Shown here: positions 11,503 to 23,361 of the stretch, in pieces
How the letters are laid out: every line of letters starts with the position of its first letter
Position numbering within the stretch: position 1 is the first letter of the stretch
Assembly: GCA_965226885.1 (NCBI GenBank)
Contig: CBDDEL010000010.1
Span: 288,001 to 352,000, forward strand
DNA from: Opitutales bacterium
Lineage (GTDB): Bacteria; Verrucomicrobiota; Verrucomicrobiia; Opitutales; UBA2987
Direction: 5' to 3'
Length of the DNA: 64,000 nt
Translations under genes and position numbers: made by a program
Notes under the pieces: generated by a model
Seen by the model: the letters and a program-made list of their open reading frames with translations, nothing else
Told to the model about the DNA's origin: nothing
Databases searched by the model: none

Positions 11503-12235
11503 GATACATGAGTGGCATGATGGAGGACATGTCTTGAATACTCGATTCGCCAAAGGCGTTGTTGAGCATGACGATACCGGTCAGTCGCACATCGAAGCCG
11601 GGATACTTTTGCTCAAATTCGGCAGCCAGTTCTCGGGAAGCAGCAGCCACCTTCATGGCTTCGGTATTCTCCTTTTCAGGTAAAGTGAGAGTGACGCTTA
11701 TGCCGGTAACCTTTTCATTTGCGCCAATTAAGCGGTTGTTTAAAAGCGGTTCGCGGTAGGCGATCACTTTGGCTTGGTCTAATTCTTGCGGGGTAACATT
11801 GGCCGGATCGGGCACCAGGTCACCGACCAGCAGATCGTCTTCTATGGCCTGGGAATGCTGAAAATTGGTGATCGAATCGACCCGGGTGGCAAAGGGGAGC
11901 TTCCAGGCTTGATCGGTCAGCCACGAAACCGCCTGGAGGTAATTTTTGGAAAAGACTAAATCTTTATCCTGTGTGAGGACGAAAATCACATTGTTGTCTT
12001 TGGTGTAGGTATTGCGGATGGCTTCGTAAGCAACCAATTGTGGGTTGTCCTTGCCAAAAAATACCCGGTAGTCGTTTTTCATTTCAATGCGGCCAAGACC
12101 AGTGCCGGCTGCGGCAACAAGGGCCAGTGTGGCTACGATAATGGGCCACCGCCAGCGCAGGACCCAGCGGCCAAATCGTTCCGGGGAGAAGGTGTTCAGG
12201 AGATTTTTTGTATTCATGTTATATTAGTGTTAGAA

Positions 12236-12251
12236 GTGAATATTTACTTAC
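12236..12251. promoter_or_regulatory. Putative TetR operator upstream of the MMPL gene
   Basis: GTGAATATTTACTTAC; 19/22 identical, with flanks, to the palindrome at 12985-13000. Confidence 0.65.
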
Positions 12252-12269
12252 ATTTTAAATTAAATTTTT

Positions 12270-12971
12270 TTACTCAATATGCTTCAGCATCCGGTTGAAG
12301 TCTCTGTCCAGCTTATCGAAGTCCAGGTATTTTTCCATGGCTTCGTCTTTCAGGCCCATGCCTCGAAGGGCGAACCAGGTGGTATCCTGAATCAAGGCTT
12401 CGGAGTTTCGCTGGTAGTTGAAGACCGGCTCGGGCGGAAGGCTGTTTAGGCGCTGTACGATAGTCATGTTGTGGGTAAACCAGAGCCGCTCCTCTTCGCT
12501 GAGGGGAGAGGCAACCATGTCGCCCGCCTCGGTTGCCGCCTGCAAGGAGGCCTTGAAGGGCTTCATTATTTTATAAAAACTGCCTTCCAGAAAAGTGCGG
12601 GCGAATTTGCCGTCTTCGGTCATGCTTTTGAACATAAGGCGCGGCAGGGCATCGGTATCCGCTGTGCCCATGGGATCCTTAATACAGCGAACCATTAAAT
12701 AGGTGAATAGAACCAGCGTTTCAGTTGAAGGCTCGAGTTTAAAAATCTGTGACATGACGCTGGCTTTGGCGGTGCACAGGCAATCTTGAATAGCCCCAAA
12801 AAGGCTTTCTTTGCCGGGAAAATGCCGGTAGAGGAGGGCTTCGGAAACCTCGGCTGCCTCGGCGATGTCTTTTGTCGTCGTGCCCACGAACCCCTTTCTG
12901 GCAAAGAGCGGGGTGGCCGCATCGATGATTGCCTGTTTTCTTTCCTCTGAACTGAGTCTGATTTCTACCAT
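12270..12971 (-). CDS. TetR/AcrR-family transcriptional regulator
   Basis: HTH GFVGTTTKDIAEAAEVSEALLYRHF. Confidence 0.93.
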   Translation of the reverse strand: MVEIRLSSEERKQAIIDAATPLFARKGFVGTTTKDIAEAAEVSEALLYRHFPGKESLFGAIQDCLCTAKASVMSQIFKLEPSTETLVLFTYLMVRCIKDPMGTADTDALPRLMFKSMTEDGKFARTFLEGSFYKIMKPFKASLQAATEAGDMVASPLSEEERLWFTHNMTIVQRLNSLPPEPVFNYQRNSEALIQDTTWFALRGMGLKDEAMEKYLDFDKLDRDFNRMLKHIE

Positions 12972-12984
12972 GATTAAACAAGAA

Positions 12985-13000
12985 GTAAGTGTTTACTTAC
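12985..13000. promoter_or_regulatory. Putative TetR auto-operator
   Basis: GTAAGT-GTTT-ACTTAC palindrome just downstream of a minus-strand TTGACA (13004-13009). Confidence 0.7.
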
Positions 13001-13063
13001 ATGTGTCAATGCTTTTTTTTATTTTTTTAATAAATTTTCATGCCTGGGTTTGCCGGAGGGGAC

Positions 13064-13092
13064 TTGACAAGCACAAGAGGGGGATTAATAAT
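13064..13092 (+). promoter_or_regulatory. Sigma70-type promoter for the nusA operon
   Basis: TTGACA-N17-AATAAT. Confidence 0.6.
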
Positions 13093-13120
13093 ATTTTTTT
13101 TCTAAAACCTCTTTTCAATT

Positions 13121-13150
13121 AAGAGTGGGTTTACGCCCGCTTTTTTTTTT
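13121..13150 (+). terminator. rimP-leader-like attenuator/intrinsic terminator upstream of nusA
   Basis: AAGAGTGGGT-TTAC-GCCCGCTTTT hairpin followed by a T10 run, between the promoter and nusA. Confidence 0.75.
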
Positions 13151-13199
13151 CTATATAAACTTTACTCAACATCTTTCTATATAAACTTTACTCAACATC
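13148..13199. repeat. Perfect tandem duplication, 26 bp x2, in the nusA 5' UTR
   Basis: TTTCTATATAAACTTTACTCAACATC twice. Confidence 0.95.
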
Positions 13200-13208
13200 G
13201 ATACAGCA

Positions 13209-14468
13209 ATGAGCAGCGAAATTCTCTCAGTTCTCGAATATATGGAGAAGGAAAAAGGCATTAGCCGTGATGACATGATCAGCGCCATCACCAATGCCAT
13301 CAAAGGGGCTGCCCAAAGGGGGGTCAACGCGGGACAGGATTTGCGGATAGAGATCGACCCGAAAACGGGCGCTCTGAATGCTTGGGCGATGCTCGATGTG
13401 GTCGATTCGATGAGCGACCCGAAAACGGAAATCCATATCGAGAAGGCGCGTCTTTTTTCTCCCGAAGCGCAAATTGGGGGGCGTATTGAGAAGGAGATCG
13501 ATCCGGCCTACCTGGGGCGCATCGCAGCTCAAACCGCGCGGCAGACCATTATGCAGCGGCTTCGCCAATTCGAAAAAGAGCGTATATACGACGATTATAA
13601 GGACATGATCGGCGATATTGTATCCGGGTTAGTGCGCCGCCGGGAGCGCGGGGACCTCATTGTGGACCTGGGCAAGGCGGAGGCGGCCCTGCCGCACCGC
13701 GAACGCGTACCGAGCGAAGATTATTCACCGGGTGAACGCATTCGCTGCCTTCTTTTGGCCATAGAGCACACCAACCGGGGACCGGAATTGATTTTAAGCC
13801 GGGCCAGTGTACGGTTTGTGCGGAGGCTTTTCGAGCTAGAGGTTACCGAAATTGCCGATGGCACGGTGATCATCGAAGCCCTTTCCAGGGAGCCTGGCTA
13901 CCGGACAAAAATTGCCGTCAACAGCAGAGACCCGCGGGTGGACCCAGTGGGCGCATGCGTGGGCGCTCGCGGCGCGCGCGTGAAGAGTATCGTGCGGGAG
14001 TTGGGGGGTGAAAAAATCGACATCATCCGCTTTTACAGCGATCCCGTCAAGATGCTGGAAGAAGCCATCAAACCGGCCGTGCCGAGAAACATCCGACTCG
14101 ATGAGGCGGGGCGGCGCATTTATTTTGAGGTTCTGGAGGAAGACCTATCCATCGCCATCGGCCGCCGTGGCCAGAACGCGCGCCTGACCAGCCGCTTGCT
14201 GGGGTGGAAGCTGGACATCTCGAAGGAGAAGAAAGTCGTGCTTGGATTCGACGCCCGGGTGGAAGCCGCCATCGCCGGCTGGCATGGAGTTCCGGGGATT
14301 TCCGACGAATCGGCCCAAAAGTTAGTCAGTCTTGGCATCGTCAATCCAGAAGCTTTTGTCGGGGTAGAGGCCGATGACCTGGTGGGAGCGGGATTTACCC
14401 CGGAGGAAACAGCCGATGTCATCACTAATGTAGAAAAATTCCGAAACCGGGATAAAATTGACGTTTGA
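13209..14468 (+). CDS. nusA: Transcription termination/antitermination factor NusA
   Basis: [40 protein letters not shown]. Confidence 0.98.
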   Translation: MSSEILSVLEYMEKEKGISRDDMISAITNAIKGAAQRGVNAGQDLRIEIDPKTGALNAWAMLDVVDSMSDPKTEIHIEKARLFSPEAQIGGRIEKEIDPAYLGRIAAQTARQTIMQRLRQFEKERIYDDYKDMIGDIVSGLVRRRERGDLIVDLGKAEAALPHRERVPSEDYSPGERIRCLLLAIEHTNRGPELILSRASVRFVRRLFELEVTEIADGTVIIEALSREPGYRTKIAVNSRDPRVDPVGACVGARGARVKSIVRELGGEKIDIIRFYSDPVKMLEEAIKPAVPRNIRLDEAGRRIYFEVLEEDLSIAIGRRGQNARLTSRLLGWKLDISKEKKVVLGFDARVEAAIAGWHGVPGISDESAQKLVSLGIVNPEAFVGVEADDLVGAGFTPEETADVITNVEKFRNRDKIDV

Positions 14469-14540
14469 GAATTTTTGCAAGAGACCGCAGGCGGTGGTTG
14501 CCGCCATTTATCCAGTCATCCTTTTTGATTTAAACACAGC

Positions 14541-16946
14541 ATGAGCGTCAGAGTATACGATCTTTCCAAGAAAACCGGGATGACTAACGTTGAACTCGTT
14601 AAGTTACTCCGGGAGCGTGGTTTTATTGTCAAAAGCGCCTCCAGCACGGTCGATAATATATCTGCGGAAAGCCTGGTCGAGGAATTTGGGCAGAAAACGG
14701 AAGCTCCCCAGGTGGAGAAAGCCGTTGCGCCCCCGGTCCTGGCTCCTGCCATTCCGGTAGTTCCCAAACCAGCTTTACCTCCGGGGATTTTCGTAAAATC
14801 GAGGGCCGATGTGGAAAAGGAGCGGAAGGAAAAACTGGAAGCCGAGGGTCGTTTGCGGAAACCAATCAAGCCCATCAAGCCGAAGGTGATGCCCCCTGTG
14901 CAGACCGTGAAGTCGCCACCCCGGCCACGGCATGTGGCCATATCTACATTCAGGAAGCAACCGATCGAACCGATGGTTACCACTCCGCCGAGCAGAGAGG
15001 AATCTGCCAAGCTGCCGGAATCGCCCGCCTCTCCCGTAAATGTGGTCCCCTCCATGGCCACCAGCCCCCAGCAGCCAGCCATTCCGCCTAAACCGCCTTC
15101 GCTTTCTGCGAAAGCGCCTTCAGCCGAGGCCGAGGCCGGAAAAGAGGAAGCGGAGCCCGTCGAATTGAAGATGCTTCAGGTGAAACCGCCCATCGTAGTG
15201 CGCGATTTTGCCGAAATCATAGGGTTAAAGCCCTTTCGCCTCATTTCGGAGTTAATGGAAAAGGGTATATTTGCCTCCATGAACCAGGTCATTGAGGAAG
15301 ACATAGCCCAGTTAATTGCCCAGAAGCATGGGTATAAACTCGATATCCGGCACCGGGGCGAAGGCCAGCCGGAAGCCCAGAAAGTGAAAAAAGCCGAACC
15401 GGTTATCGATGAGAGCAAGCTGCTTGAGCCGCGACCGGCGGTGGTCTGCATTTTGGGGCATGTGGATCATGGCAAGACGACTTTGCTGGATACCATACGC
15501 AACGCCAATGTAGTGGCTGGCGAGGCGGGGGGAATTACCCAGCATATCGGGGCTTACCAGATAGAGCACAAAGATCAGAAAATCACTTTTATCGATACTC
15601 CCGGCCATGCCGCCTTTTCCCAAATGCGCGCGCGGGGGGCGGGCATCACTGATATCGCCATTTTGGTGGTGGCGGCTGACGATGGATTTATGCCGCAAAC
15701 GGATGAAGCACTTGGGCATGCGCAGGCGGCCAATGTCCCATTGATTGTGGCCATAAACAAGATCGACACCAAGGGGGCTGATATCGATCGCGTCAAAACT
15801 CAGATGCAGGATCGCAATATCGCCGCTGAAGACTGGGGCGGGGAAATTCTCACCGTTTCCATTTCGGCCCTCAAAGGGGAGGGGATTGATGCCCTGCTCG
15901 ACAGCATCAATTTACAGACGGAAATTATGGAAACCTTGAAGGCCAACCCCAAGTGTCCGGCCGAGGGTGTGATTTTGGAGACGCAAAAGGAGATGGGCAG
16001 GGGGGCCACCGCGTCCGTAATCATCCAAAAGGGAACTCTAAAGCAGGGTGATGCGCTTTTATCTGGCCCCTGCTACTGCAAAGTGCGGGCCATGATGGAT
16101 GACACGGGAAAACCGTTAAAAAAAGCTGGGCCGTCCACTCCGGTAAAAGTAATAGGCTGGTCCGGGCCTCCGAATTCCGGGAACCTCTTTACAACGGTCA
16201 AGAATGAAAGGCAGGCTAAAAACCTGGCTGAAGAAAATGCCCACCAGCTCAAATTGGATGGGCAAGCAGCGCCAGTTGAGGATCAGCCGGTTTCCCTGGA
16301 GCATCTTTTTGCGGCCATAGCGGAAACGAAGAAGAAGATTTTCCGGGTGGTGGTAAAGGCGGATGTATTTGGCACGGCGGAAGCATTGGCGGGCAGCCTT
16401 CTGGATATTAAAAGCGACAAGGTCGATCTGGAAATCGTGCAGACTGCGGTTGGCCCCATCAGTAAGAATGACGTGCTTATGGCGAGCGCCTCGGAGGCGT
16501 CGATAATAGGATTCAATGTCAACCTGGAAGCGGGAGTTGCGGGGGATGCCAAGCACCGGGGGATCACCATCCACCTGCACAACGTAATTTACGAACTCGT
16601 TGATCTGGTGAAGGAAGCCATGGTCCTCACCCTTGATGTGGAGCTTCATGAGAACAAAATCGGGGCGGCCCAGGTGCGGCAGGTCTTTCCCGTTGCCAAA
16701 GGCGGACAAGTGGCTGGCTGCCTGGTCACAGAAGGTCGTCTGGTGAGGGATGGCAATGCCCGCTTATTCCGCGATGGCGAGGTTTTGCACGAGAATAAAA
16801 TATCCACCCTGAAGCGATTCAAGGACGATGCTACGGAAGTGCGCGCTGGTTATGAATGCGGCTCCAGGCTGGGCGATTTTGACGATTACAAGGAAGGGGA
16901 TTTGATTGAATGTTACGAAATCCTGAAAGTCCGGCCCACCCTGTAA
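14541..16946 (+). CDS. infB: Translation initiation factor IF-2
   Basis: [34 protein letters not shown]. Confidence 0.98.
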   Translation: MSVRVYDLSKKTGMTNVELVKLLRERGFIVKSASSTVDNISAESLVEEFGQKTEAPQVEKAVAPPVLAPAIPVVPKPALPPGIFVKSRADVEKERKEKLEAEGRLRKPIKPIKPKVMPPVQTVKSPPRPRHVAISTFRKQPIEPMVTTPPSREESAKLPESPASPVNVVPSMATSPQQPAIPPKPPSLSAKAPSAEAEAGKEEAEPVELKMLQVKPPIVVRDFAEIIGLKPFRLISELMEKGIFASMNQVIEEDIAQLIAQKHGYKLDIRHRGEGQPEAQKVKKAEPVIDESKLLEPRPAVVCILGHVDHGKTTLLDTIRNANVVAGEAGGITQHIGAYQIEHKDQKITFIDTPGHAAFSQMRARGAGITDIAILVVAADDGFMPQTDEALGHAQAANVPLIVAINKIDTKGADIDRVKTQMQDRNIAAEDWGGEILTVSISALKGEGIDALLDSINLQTEIMETLKANPKCPAEGVILETQKEMGRGATASVIIQKGTLKQGDALLSGPCYCKVRAMMDDTGKPLKKAGPSTPVKVIGWSGPPNSGNLFTTVKNERQAKNLAEENAHQLKLDGQAAPVEDQPVSLEHLFAAIAETKKKIFRVVVKADVFGTAEALAGSLLDIKSDKVDLEIVQTAVGPISKNDVLMASASEASIIGFNVNLEAGVAGDAKHRGITIHLHNVIYELVDLVKEAMVLTLDVELHENKIGAAQVRQVFPVAKGGQVAGCLVTEGRLVRDGNARLFRDGEVLHENKISTLKRFKDDATEVRAGYECGSRLGDFDDYKEGDLIECYEILKVRPTL

Positions 16947-17068
16947 TCTCACTGGTCAAACTGTGCCTCTGTAAGACATAAATTGGGTAGTAGAAAGAAT
17001 TTCCGGGTTGCGTTCGGGCTGGAAAAAGAATTTTTACATCGGCATTAAAATTTCAACCAGACAGAAAT

Positions 17069-17419
17069 ATGGTCAAACGAATGGTCCGAGTAAATGAGCT
17101 GGTGCGGCGTGAAATCAGTGAAATTTTGCATACCCGGTTTCGGAGTGAATGTGTCGCCATTACTATTACAGAGGTGAAGGTGGCCAGCGATCTGCGCAAC
17201 GCGAGGGTTTTTTATGCCGTGTTGGGCGACAATGAGAATACGCAATCGGCGCAGCTTTTTTTGAAAAAACAGGGGAGGGAAATACGTCATCTATTGGGTC
17301 GGCGAGTGGTCCTTAAATACACACCTTTTCTCACCTTCGAACACGATGAGTCCATTGCCAGGGGATTTCACTTAAACAGCCTTATAGACGAACTCGATCT
17401 GGAAGAAGAACCTATTTAG
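17069..17419 (+). CDS. rbfA: Ribosome-binding factor A
   Basis: RMVRVNELVRREIS, DLRNARVF, KYTPFLTF; operon position. Confidence 0.95.
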   Translation: MVKRMVRVNELVRREISEILHTRFRSECVAITITEVKVASDLRNARVFYAVLGDNENTQSAQLFLKKQGREIRHLLGRRVVLKYTPFLTFEHDESIARGFHLNSLIDELDLEEEPI

Positions 17420-17426
17420 CTCAAGT

Positions 17427-18416
17427 ATGTATTACCCTCAATTCAAATCATCCTTTCTCGAAATGCTGGAAGCCCTGAGGGGCCAAAAAGTGGTAGTCTT
17501 GGGGCACCTTCGGCCGGATGGCGACTGTGTTGGGTCGCAGGTCGCTTTCTGCCGGTGCCTGCTGTCCCGGGGGATCGAAGCTGTTTGTCTCAATGCGCAT
17601 CCGGTTCCGCGTGTTTTGCGATCCTTTGTGGGGGACACCCCTTATTATTTGCCTGAAAAATTTAATCATGAAGGGTTCCTGGCGGCCAATATGGATTGCG
17701 CCGATGAAGTCCGCATCGGCCGGGAGCTGCAAGCGCGGTATCCGGAAATTCTGGTCAATATCGACCATCACATATCCAACCCGGCCTACGGCCGATTCAA
17801 CTTTATCGACTCCACTTCATGTGCTACAGCGGAAATCCTGGCAGGGCTTTTTTTTGACTGCGGTATTTCCATCGACCCCATAACCGCTCAGGCCCTTTAT
17901 GCCGGCATCGTTACTGACACAGGGCAATTCCGATTTCCTTCGACCACCCGCCAGGTTTTCGAAATCTGCCGTTTATTGATGGAAAACGGGGCCGACCCGG
18001 CGGCCGCGGCGATGGAGCTTTATGAAATGGAAAGTCTCTCCAAGCTGCAACTGCTGGAGCGCTTTCTGGCCTCACTGCAATTGGAGTGCGATGGCCGGGC
18101 TTGCATCGGGGTGTTAAAAAACGGGGTTTATGAAGAGACCGGTTCGGACAGCGAAGACTCCGAGGGATTGGTCGATTACGCGCGATCGATCGAGGGGGTG
18201 GAGGTGGCCGTATTGCTGGAAGAGCGCAGCGGCGCGATTAAAGGCAGTTTTCGGGCAAAAGACCCTGTGCACCGGGTGGACCGGCTGGCCGCAAAATTCA
18301 ATGGGGGAGGCCATGCCTGCGCCGCCGGCTTTAATTGCAGCGGAATACTGGCAGATTTTTACCCAAACCTGGTGGCAGTATTGCAGGAACATTTTCAAAG
18401 TCCCGGAATTTCATAG
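17427..18416 (+). CDS. nrnA: DHH/DHHA1 bifunctional oligoribonuclease/pAp phosphatase
   Basis: [26 protein letters not shown]. Confidence 0.88.
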   Translation: MYYPQFKSSFLEMLEALRGQKVVVLGHLRPDGDCVGSQVAFCRCLLSRGIEAVCLNAHPVPRVLRSFVGDTPYYLPEKFNHEGFLAANMDCADEVRIGRELQARYPEILVNIDHHISNPAYGRFNFIDSTSCATAEILAGLFFDCGISIDPITAQALYAGIVTDTGQFRFPSTTRQVFEICRLLMENGADPAAAAMELYEMESLSKLQLLERFLASLQLECDGRACIGVLKNGVYEETGSDSEDSEGLVDYARSIEGVEVAVLLEERSGAIKGSFRAKDPVHRVDRLAAKFNGGGHACAAGFNCSGILADFYPNLVAVLQEHFQSPGIS

Positions 18417-18435
18417 ATTTAAAAATCAAGATAAT

Positions 18436-19161
18436 ATGAACCCTAATCCACACCCATTTGAAGGTCTCCTCTTAGTTGACAAGCCCCGCGGACCGTCCTC
18501 CCATGATATAGTGGACCGGGTGCGCCGTAAATTGGGCATGAGGCGGATCGGCCATGCCGGCACTCTTGATCCTAACGCGACTGGTTTGCTCATCATTCTG
18601 GTGGGCAAAGCGACCAAAGTGTCCCAGTATTTAATCAATCTGGACAAGTTTTACGAGGGAGTCATAAAATTGGGGGAGAAAACCGATTCGCATGATTCGG
18701 AGGGAAAAATAGTGGCGGAGATTCCCGTTCCCGCCCTCAGCGAGGAGCAAATTATGGAATTCATGAACGGGTTTGTGGGCGACCAGTATCAGACCCCGCC
18801 TATGTTTTCGGCCAAAAAAATCAAGGGAGTTCCTCTCTACAAGCTGGCCCGGAAAGGAAAAGTTGTGGAAAGAGAGCCGCGTTTTATCCGTGTTTCGGCA
18901 ATGAATTTGCTGAAAATCGAGCTGCCTTTTATATCCTTTTCCATACATTGCAGCAAGGGCACCTATGTTCGCACTATCGCCCATGATCTGGGCCATAAAA
19001 TTGGCTGCGGCGCCCACCTGTCGGAATTGCGGCGCACAGGCATCGACAAGTTTCTCCTGGCCGATGCCGTTTCCCTGGAGAAGTTCGAGGATTTTTCAGT
19101 GAGGGAAATCCAGAGGAGCCTGCTGCCGGTTTATCAGGCCATTCCTAGCAATGTCTTGTAA
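18436..19161 (+). CDS. truB: tRNA pseudouridine(55) synthase
   Basis: [27 protein letters not shown]. Confidence 0.96.
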   Translation: MNPNPHPFEGLLLVDKPRGPSSHDIVDRVRRKLGMRRIGHAGTLDPNATGLLIILVGKATKVSQYLINLDKFYEGVIKLGEKTDSHDSEGKIVAEIPVPALSEEQIMEFMNGFVGDQYQTPPMFSAKKIKGVPLYKLARKGKVVEREPRFIRVSAMNLLKIELPFISFSIHCSKGTYVRTIAHDLGHKIGCGAHLSELRRTGIDKFLLADAVSLEKFEDFSVREIQRSLLPVYQAIPSNVL

Positions 19162-20146
19162 AAGTGTGAGTGCGAAAACGGATTTACCGGCCACAGTGGA
19201 ATCCTGCGAAGGGCTCGATTTGGGCGGCAAGGCGCTGCACCTGGCTATCGGCATGTTCGACGGGGTACATCTGGGGCACCAGGCGGTAATCGATGCGGCA
19301 ATTCACACGGCCACGGCCAGCAGCGGCGGTCTTGAAGGCATCAGTGGGGTGCTTACTTTTTGGCCCCATCCCAGTTGCATTATTTCTCCCGAAAATCCCG
19401 TCCGGCAAATAATGATGCCCCAAATCAAAAGTCAATTCCTGCATGAGCTGGGGGTCCAACTGGTTATCCAGAAACGCTTTGATTCCGAATTGGCGAAAAC
19501 CGCAGCAGAGGATTTTTTGCCGGGTTTGAAAAAAGCACTCCCTACTTTGAGATCCATTTATGTTGGCCAGAATTACCGCTTCGGCAGTGGCAGGAGAGGA
19601 GATTTGCCGCTTCTTGTCGAACAGGCCAAGGGTCTCGGGCTCGGTGTTTACAGCGCTCAGCGAATTGTTTGCAATGGGCGGGATATCAGCAGCACCCGGA
19701 TACGAGCCAAACTCATGGATGGGAAAATCGAAAAGGTGAATGATTTGCTTGGCTACTCTTATTTCAGTCGGGGAGCGGTAGAGTCGGGAATGGGGCGTGG
19801 AGCCAGTCTCGGGTTCCCCACCTTGAATTTATCCTGGAATCCGGAACTGCCGCCCGCTTTCGGGGTTTATGCGGTCATGGCAACTGCCACCGGTTCCGGC
19901 AAATACTACCCGGGCGTGGCCAACTATGGGGTCAGGCCCACATTTTACGACCAGAGCGTCCCCATTTTAGAAATACATTTATTTGACGAAACTTCTTTAG
20001 GGCCGGAGGATGAAATCAAGGTTCTGTGGAAATCCTTTCTGCGGCCCGAGAAGCGATTTTCCGATTCGGAGGCTTTAAAATCCCAGGTTTCCCTGGATAA
20101 AGCTCAGGCCATGAATTATTTCTCCGATAAAATCCATACCGGTTAA
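19151..20146 (+). CDS. ribF: Bifunctional riboflavin kinase/FAD synthetase
   Basis: [32 protein letters not shown]. Confidence 0.95.
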   Translation: MSCKSVSAKTDLPATVESCEGLDLGGKALHLAIGMFDGVHLGHQAVIDAAIHTATASSGGLEGISGVLTFWPHPSCIISPENPVRQIMMPQIKSQFLHELGVQLVIQKRFDSELAKTAAEDFLPGLKKALPTLRSIYVGQNYRFGSGRRGDLPLLVEQAKGLGLGVYSAQRIVCNGRDISSTRIRAKLMDGKIEKVNDLLGYSYFSRGAVESGMGRGASLGFPTLNLSWNPELPPAFGVYAVMATATGSGKYYPGVANYGVRPTFYDQSVPILEIHLFDETSLGPEDEIKVLWKSFLRPEKRFSDSEALKSQVSLDKAQAMNYFSDKIHTG

Positions 20147-20217
20147 ATATTCAATTTTCAGAAATCCCCGCTTTTTTTATAAAACCGGCCTGAATCTCTT
20201 CGTTTTCAATTAATTCG

Positions 20218-20991
20218 ATGGCAGAAGACACAAAAAAACTTGTCCGGACCCTGCAAAACCGCCTGAAGGAAAAGGTTCATTTAGCGAGCATCGTGACGCA
20301 CGATTTGCGCAACCCTTTGGCTTCCATTAGAATGTATTTTGAAATGGCCCTCAGCGACAATGCCGCCTTGCGCGAACATAGCGAATCGATGAAGGAGCCC
20401 ATTCTGGAAATGTGCCAGAGTATGTCCCTGCTTCTAGACAACTATTCGGACCTGGTTAAAATCGAGGCGGGTTGCGAGCGGCTCGAGCGGCTGCCGTGCG
20501 ATTTGGTCCGGCTTGTGCGGGAGGCCAGGGATTCTTGCTCCGATATGATTGCCAGCGCGGGGACGGAGGTCCGGTTGAGCGCCGATGCGCCGGATTGCCC
20601 GGTTTATCTAGATCCCGGACTGTTTTCCAAAATGCTGCATAAGCTGCTCGGCGATATTGTTTTGCTGAGCCCGAAATGTTCCGCAGTGGAGGTGAGGTTG
20701 AGCCAAACCGGCCAGGATGCGGTTCTGGGCATTGAATATGTTGGCGCCTGGACGGCTGCTGAATTGCAATCATTGCTCGATATAGACCTTCTAAAGCTGA
20801 AGGAGGAGAGGGACAGCGAACGAAGGTTCCAATGCCTGGTATTTGGCATCGTTAAAAAAATCCTGTCCGCCCACGGTTTCGACTTTGCAGTAGATCCTGC
20901 CAATGGAAATGGAGCTTTATTAAATATTCAGATCCCCAGTGGGCAAGAATCTCAGGCTGCTTTAAATCCTGTTTCAACTACCTGTAGTTGA
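20218..20991 (+). CDS. HisKA-domain protein with a degenerate HATPase domain
   Basis: Intact H-box THDLRNPLASI; N, G1 and G2 boxes not recognisable. Confidence 0.75.
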   Translation: MAEDTKKLVRTLQNRLKEKVHLASIVTHDLRNPLASIRMYFEMALSDNAALREHSESMKEPILEMCQSMSLLLDNYSDLVKIEAGCERLERLPCDLVRLVREARDSCSDMIASAGTEVRLSADAPDCPVYLDPGLFSKMLHKLLGDIVLLSPKCSAVEVRLSQTGQDAVLGIEYVGAWTAAELQSLLDIDLLKLKEERDSERRFQCLVFGIVKKILSAHGFDFAVDPANGNGALLNIQIPSGQESQAALNPVSTTCS

Positions 20992-21078
20992 AGTGTTGAT
21001 CGAGTTGAAAACCGCATAAACGATGCCGATCAAGTTCTTGGGTGTCACCGGTTCAACACCCACTTTGGCATTATTCTA

Positions 21079-22919
21079 GAGGCTGTCCCAAAAGGGTGAT
21101 TTTTGCGAGGGCTTTTGATAGGCGCTCATTTTAGAGGTATTTGCATTTGGGAGAGTATCAACTTTGCTCTCCTATGACGTTAGGATACTGGTTTTGGGGT
21201 CCGGTTGCCTGGTTTTCTTTGTATGAGCCGACAGTACGGCTGTGAAAAAGTATTGTCCTTGCTTTTCCGCTCTCTAGGCCGCCGCTTTGGTTTTTAGTTC
21301 GTCTTGCTGGGCCAGCATCTTGGCTACTTTCCATAGGTTGTGCGAGAGTACCGACCAGGCGTTGTGCGAGAGTACCGACCAGGCTACGCTGATCGAGCGG
21401 TTGGCAAAGCCTTTGCTGCGCAACCGCCCAGCCTGCCAGCGATTCTTCAATACCCCGATCCGCCCTTCGGTGCTGGCCCGGCGCTTTTGCAATTGTCTGA
21501 ACAGTGGTTCCTCCATCCGTTTTTTCAACTGCTTCGGATCGCGTGGACAGAGCGCGTCGTAGATTCCCTCCTGGGCTAACTGCCGGCGGGCCCGCTGGGA
21601 GGCAAATCCCCGGTCCGCGCACATGGCCGCTATGGGTTCTTCCAGGTTGAAGCGGTTCTGTCTTTGCAAACTCTCTTGCATTTGTTCATTTTCGCTTGGA
21701 GTTCGGCTGCCGTAGAGTTTCCAGTCCAGCAGGTACCCTTCAACGCTTTCTCCCAAAAACAGGGTGTTGCCGAACTCGACCTCTTGGCCCGCTTTACCTC
21801 GCACAATCACCTGCCCATCGAGTTCGTAAACACTCAAGACTTTCTCTGCGTTTTTCACCTGGCGGCCGCCAATGATCCGCTCGTGCGCCTGTTTGATGAC
21901 CACCGGGATTTGCTCGCTCATGCGCTCCATCCGGGCGAGGATCTGTTGGACCTGTTTTTCGCTGTAATCGCTTTGCTCCCAGCAGGCTTGCAATAATTCC
22001 CGGTGACTGCGGGCATGCTCCCCGATCCGTTTGAGCAGCTTTTTCATCTGCCTCAAGATACCCTTGCGCTGCCGCGCGCTGTCCTTTCGCCGCCGGCTGT
22101 GGGTCATCTGTATGCACAGCCGATTCATCTGCCGAGCCAAGGGCTCCGGTTCGATCGGCATGCGATGGCGCAAACCGGCCTTCTCGCGGATCAGCCGGAT
22201 CGCTTTGAGCAACGTGCCGGCTACATCCTTGAGTAATACCCAGTCCGTCGGCCAATGAATGTTAGCCTCCAAACAGGTGCCGTCGATCAGGCAAATGGTG
22301 GTGTCAATCGGCTTGTCCAATCCCACCTGCCGGGCCAGAAGGGCATCGCCCACCACCTCAGTCAAGGTCCGGTGCAAGGCCCTCAACTGCTCTTCGCTGA
22401 AAAACTTCGAGGCCCGCTCCAGGGTGCTTTTGGAGATGCCCCTGATGCCATCGATCTGCCGGACACGGCAAAAGTCGGCCAACAGATCGCTGCTGCCCAG
22501 AGCCCTCGACAAATGCCGAAACGAAATCCCTCCGAGCAGACGGCCCAGCGTATCCATGCGCAGTGCCTTGATGGCAAAACTGGCCCGCTGCCGCCGGGCC
22601 TTTAGACCCATTGGCGGCCACCCCTCCAAGGCCAGCTCAATGGCCTGCGATTCCACCTCCGAGTCGATCAGCAGCCGATCGATTCGATCAATGGTGGCGC
22701 GGAAGTTATCGTAATCGAGGCACCGGTCGACCACAGTTAAAGCTGGACGCAGGAGGCATTGGATGGCTATATTTTTCATAGAAAGGGCTATATTGATTTT
22801 CGCTAACTCAATTATAGAACCCTTTTTTGGCCGGATCGAGCAAAAACTTGCTCTTTCCGGCTCTTTTTATCAACGTCATCCAGTTGACTATAAAATCTTT
22901 ATATTTTTGGGACAGCCTC
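21079..22919 (-). mobile_element. IS5-like element copy 2 (transposase 21274-22779, 501 aa)
   Basis: TIR GAGGCTGTCCCAAAA, TA flanks, DDE motifs IDGT, ADRGF and TEGRIG. 1817 bp plus a 24-bp in-frame duplication. Confidence 0.93.
21337..21384. repeat. Perfect tandem duplication, 24 bp x2, private to this IS copy
   Basis: GTTGTGCGAGAGTACCGACCAGGC twice (AWSVLSHN x2); single in copies 3 and 4. Confidence 0.97.
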
Positions 22920-23230
22920 TATTCTATCCTCTGGCCACACAGCTTTTACCTTCTCTTTTTAGAAGTTGATGAACGATTTGGTCCCCCCACTGGTTATGGT
23001 AAGCCACGATCATGCCCACTTCCAGTTGGTCGAATTCGATGGGTGTGATGACCAAAACCGTATTATCGCCATAAATCGGAGCCATGGAAATTCCCTCTCC
23101 TTTGTGCAACGTAGCATCCGCGACGCCCCATCGGACCGAGCGGGCGACATTCAAGATCGTAGCGCCGTCCACAGTGGAAGCCGGAGGGGTAGCAGGCAGG
23201 CTGTTTTTGGCCGTTTCTTGTCATTCTAAT
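22920..23230 (-). pseudogene. S26 signal-peptidase-like gene remnant; 3' end probably left of 21078
   Basis: GISMAPIYGD, VGMIVAY and IVHQL motifs, then ARG-stop; NNA continues beyond the IS. Confidence 0.6.
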
Positions 23231-23361
23231 GGTAAAAAATTATTGGCTGTCTGAGGTGGCCGATAATAGAGGAAATTTGTTAAGCCAGAAAAGCCCTTTA
23301 AGAAAATTGAAAGAGAATCCGTTAATCTAAACTGCTATCATTTGTATAAATCGCTAAAATC

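Larger units (their letters stand above)
9774..12217 (-). pseudogene. MMPL/RND-family transporter, broken into three frames by two tandem duplications
   Basis: GIVVDDTVHF and SLTTAIGFLS motifs. Frame switches coincide with the duplications at 10251-10330 and 11453-11502. Confidence 0.9.

Noticed and set aside
14700..15170. Pro/Ala/Lys-rich low-complexity stretch in infB
   Set aside because: Normal variable IF-2 N-terminal linker.
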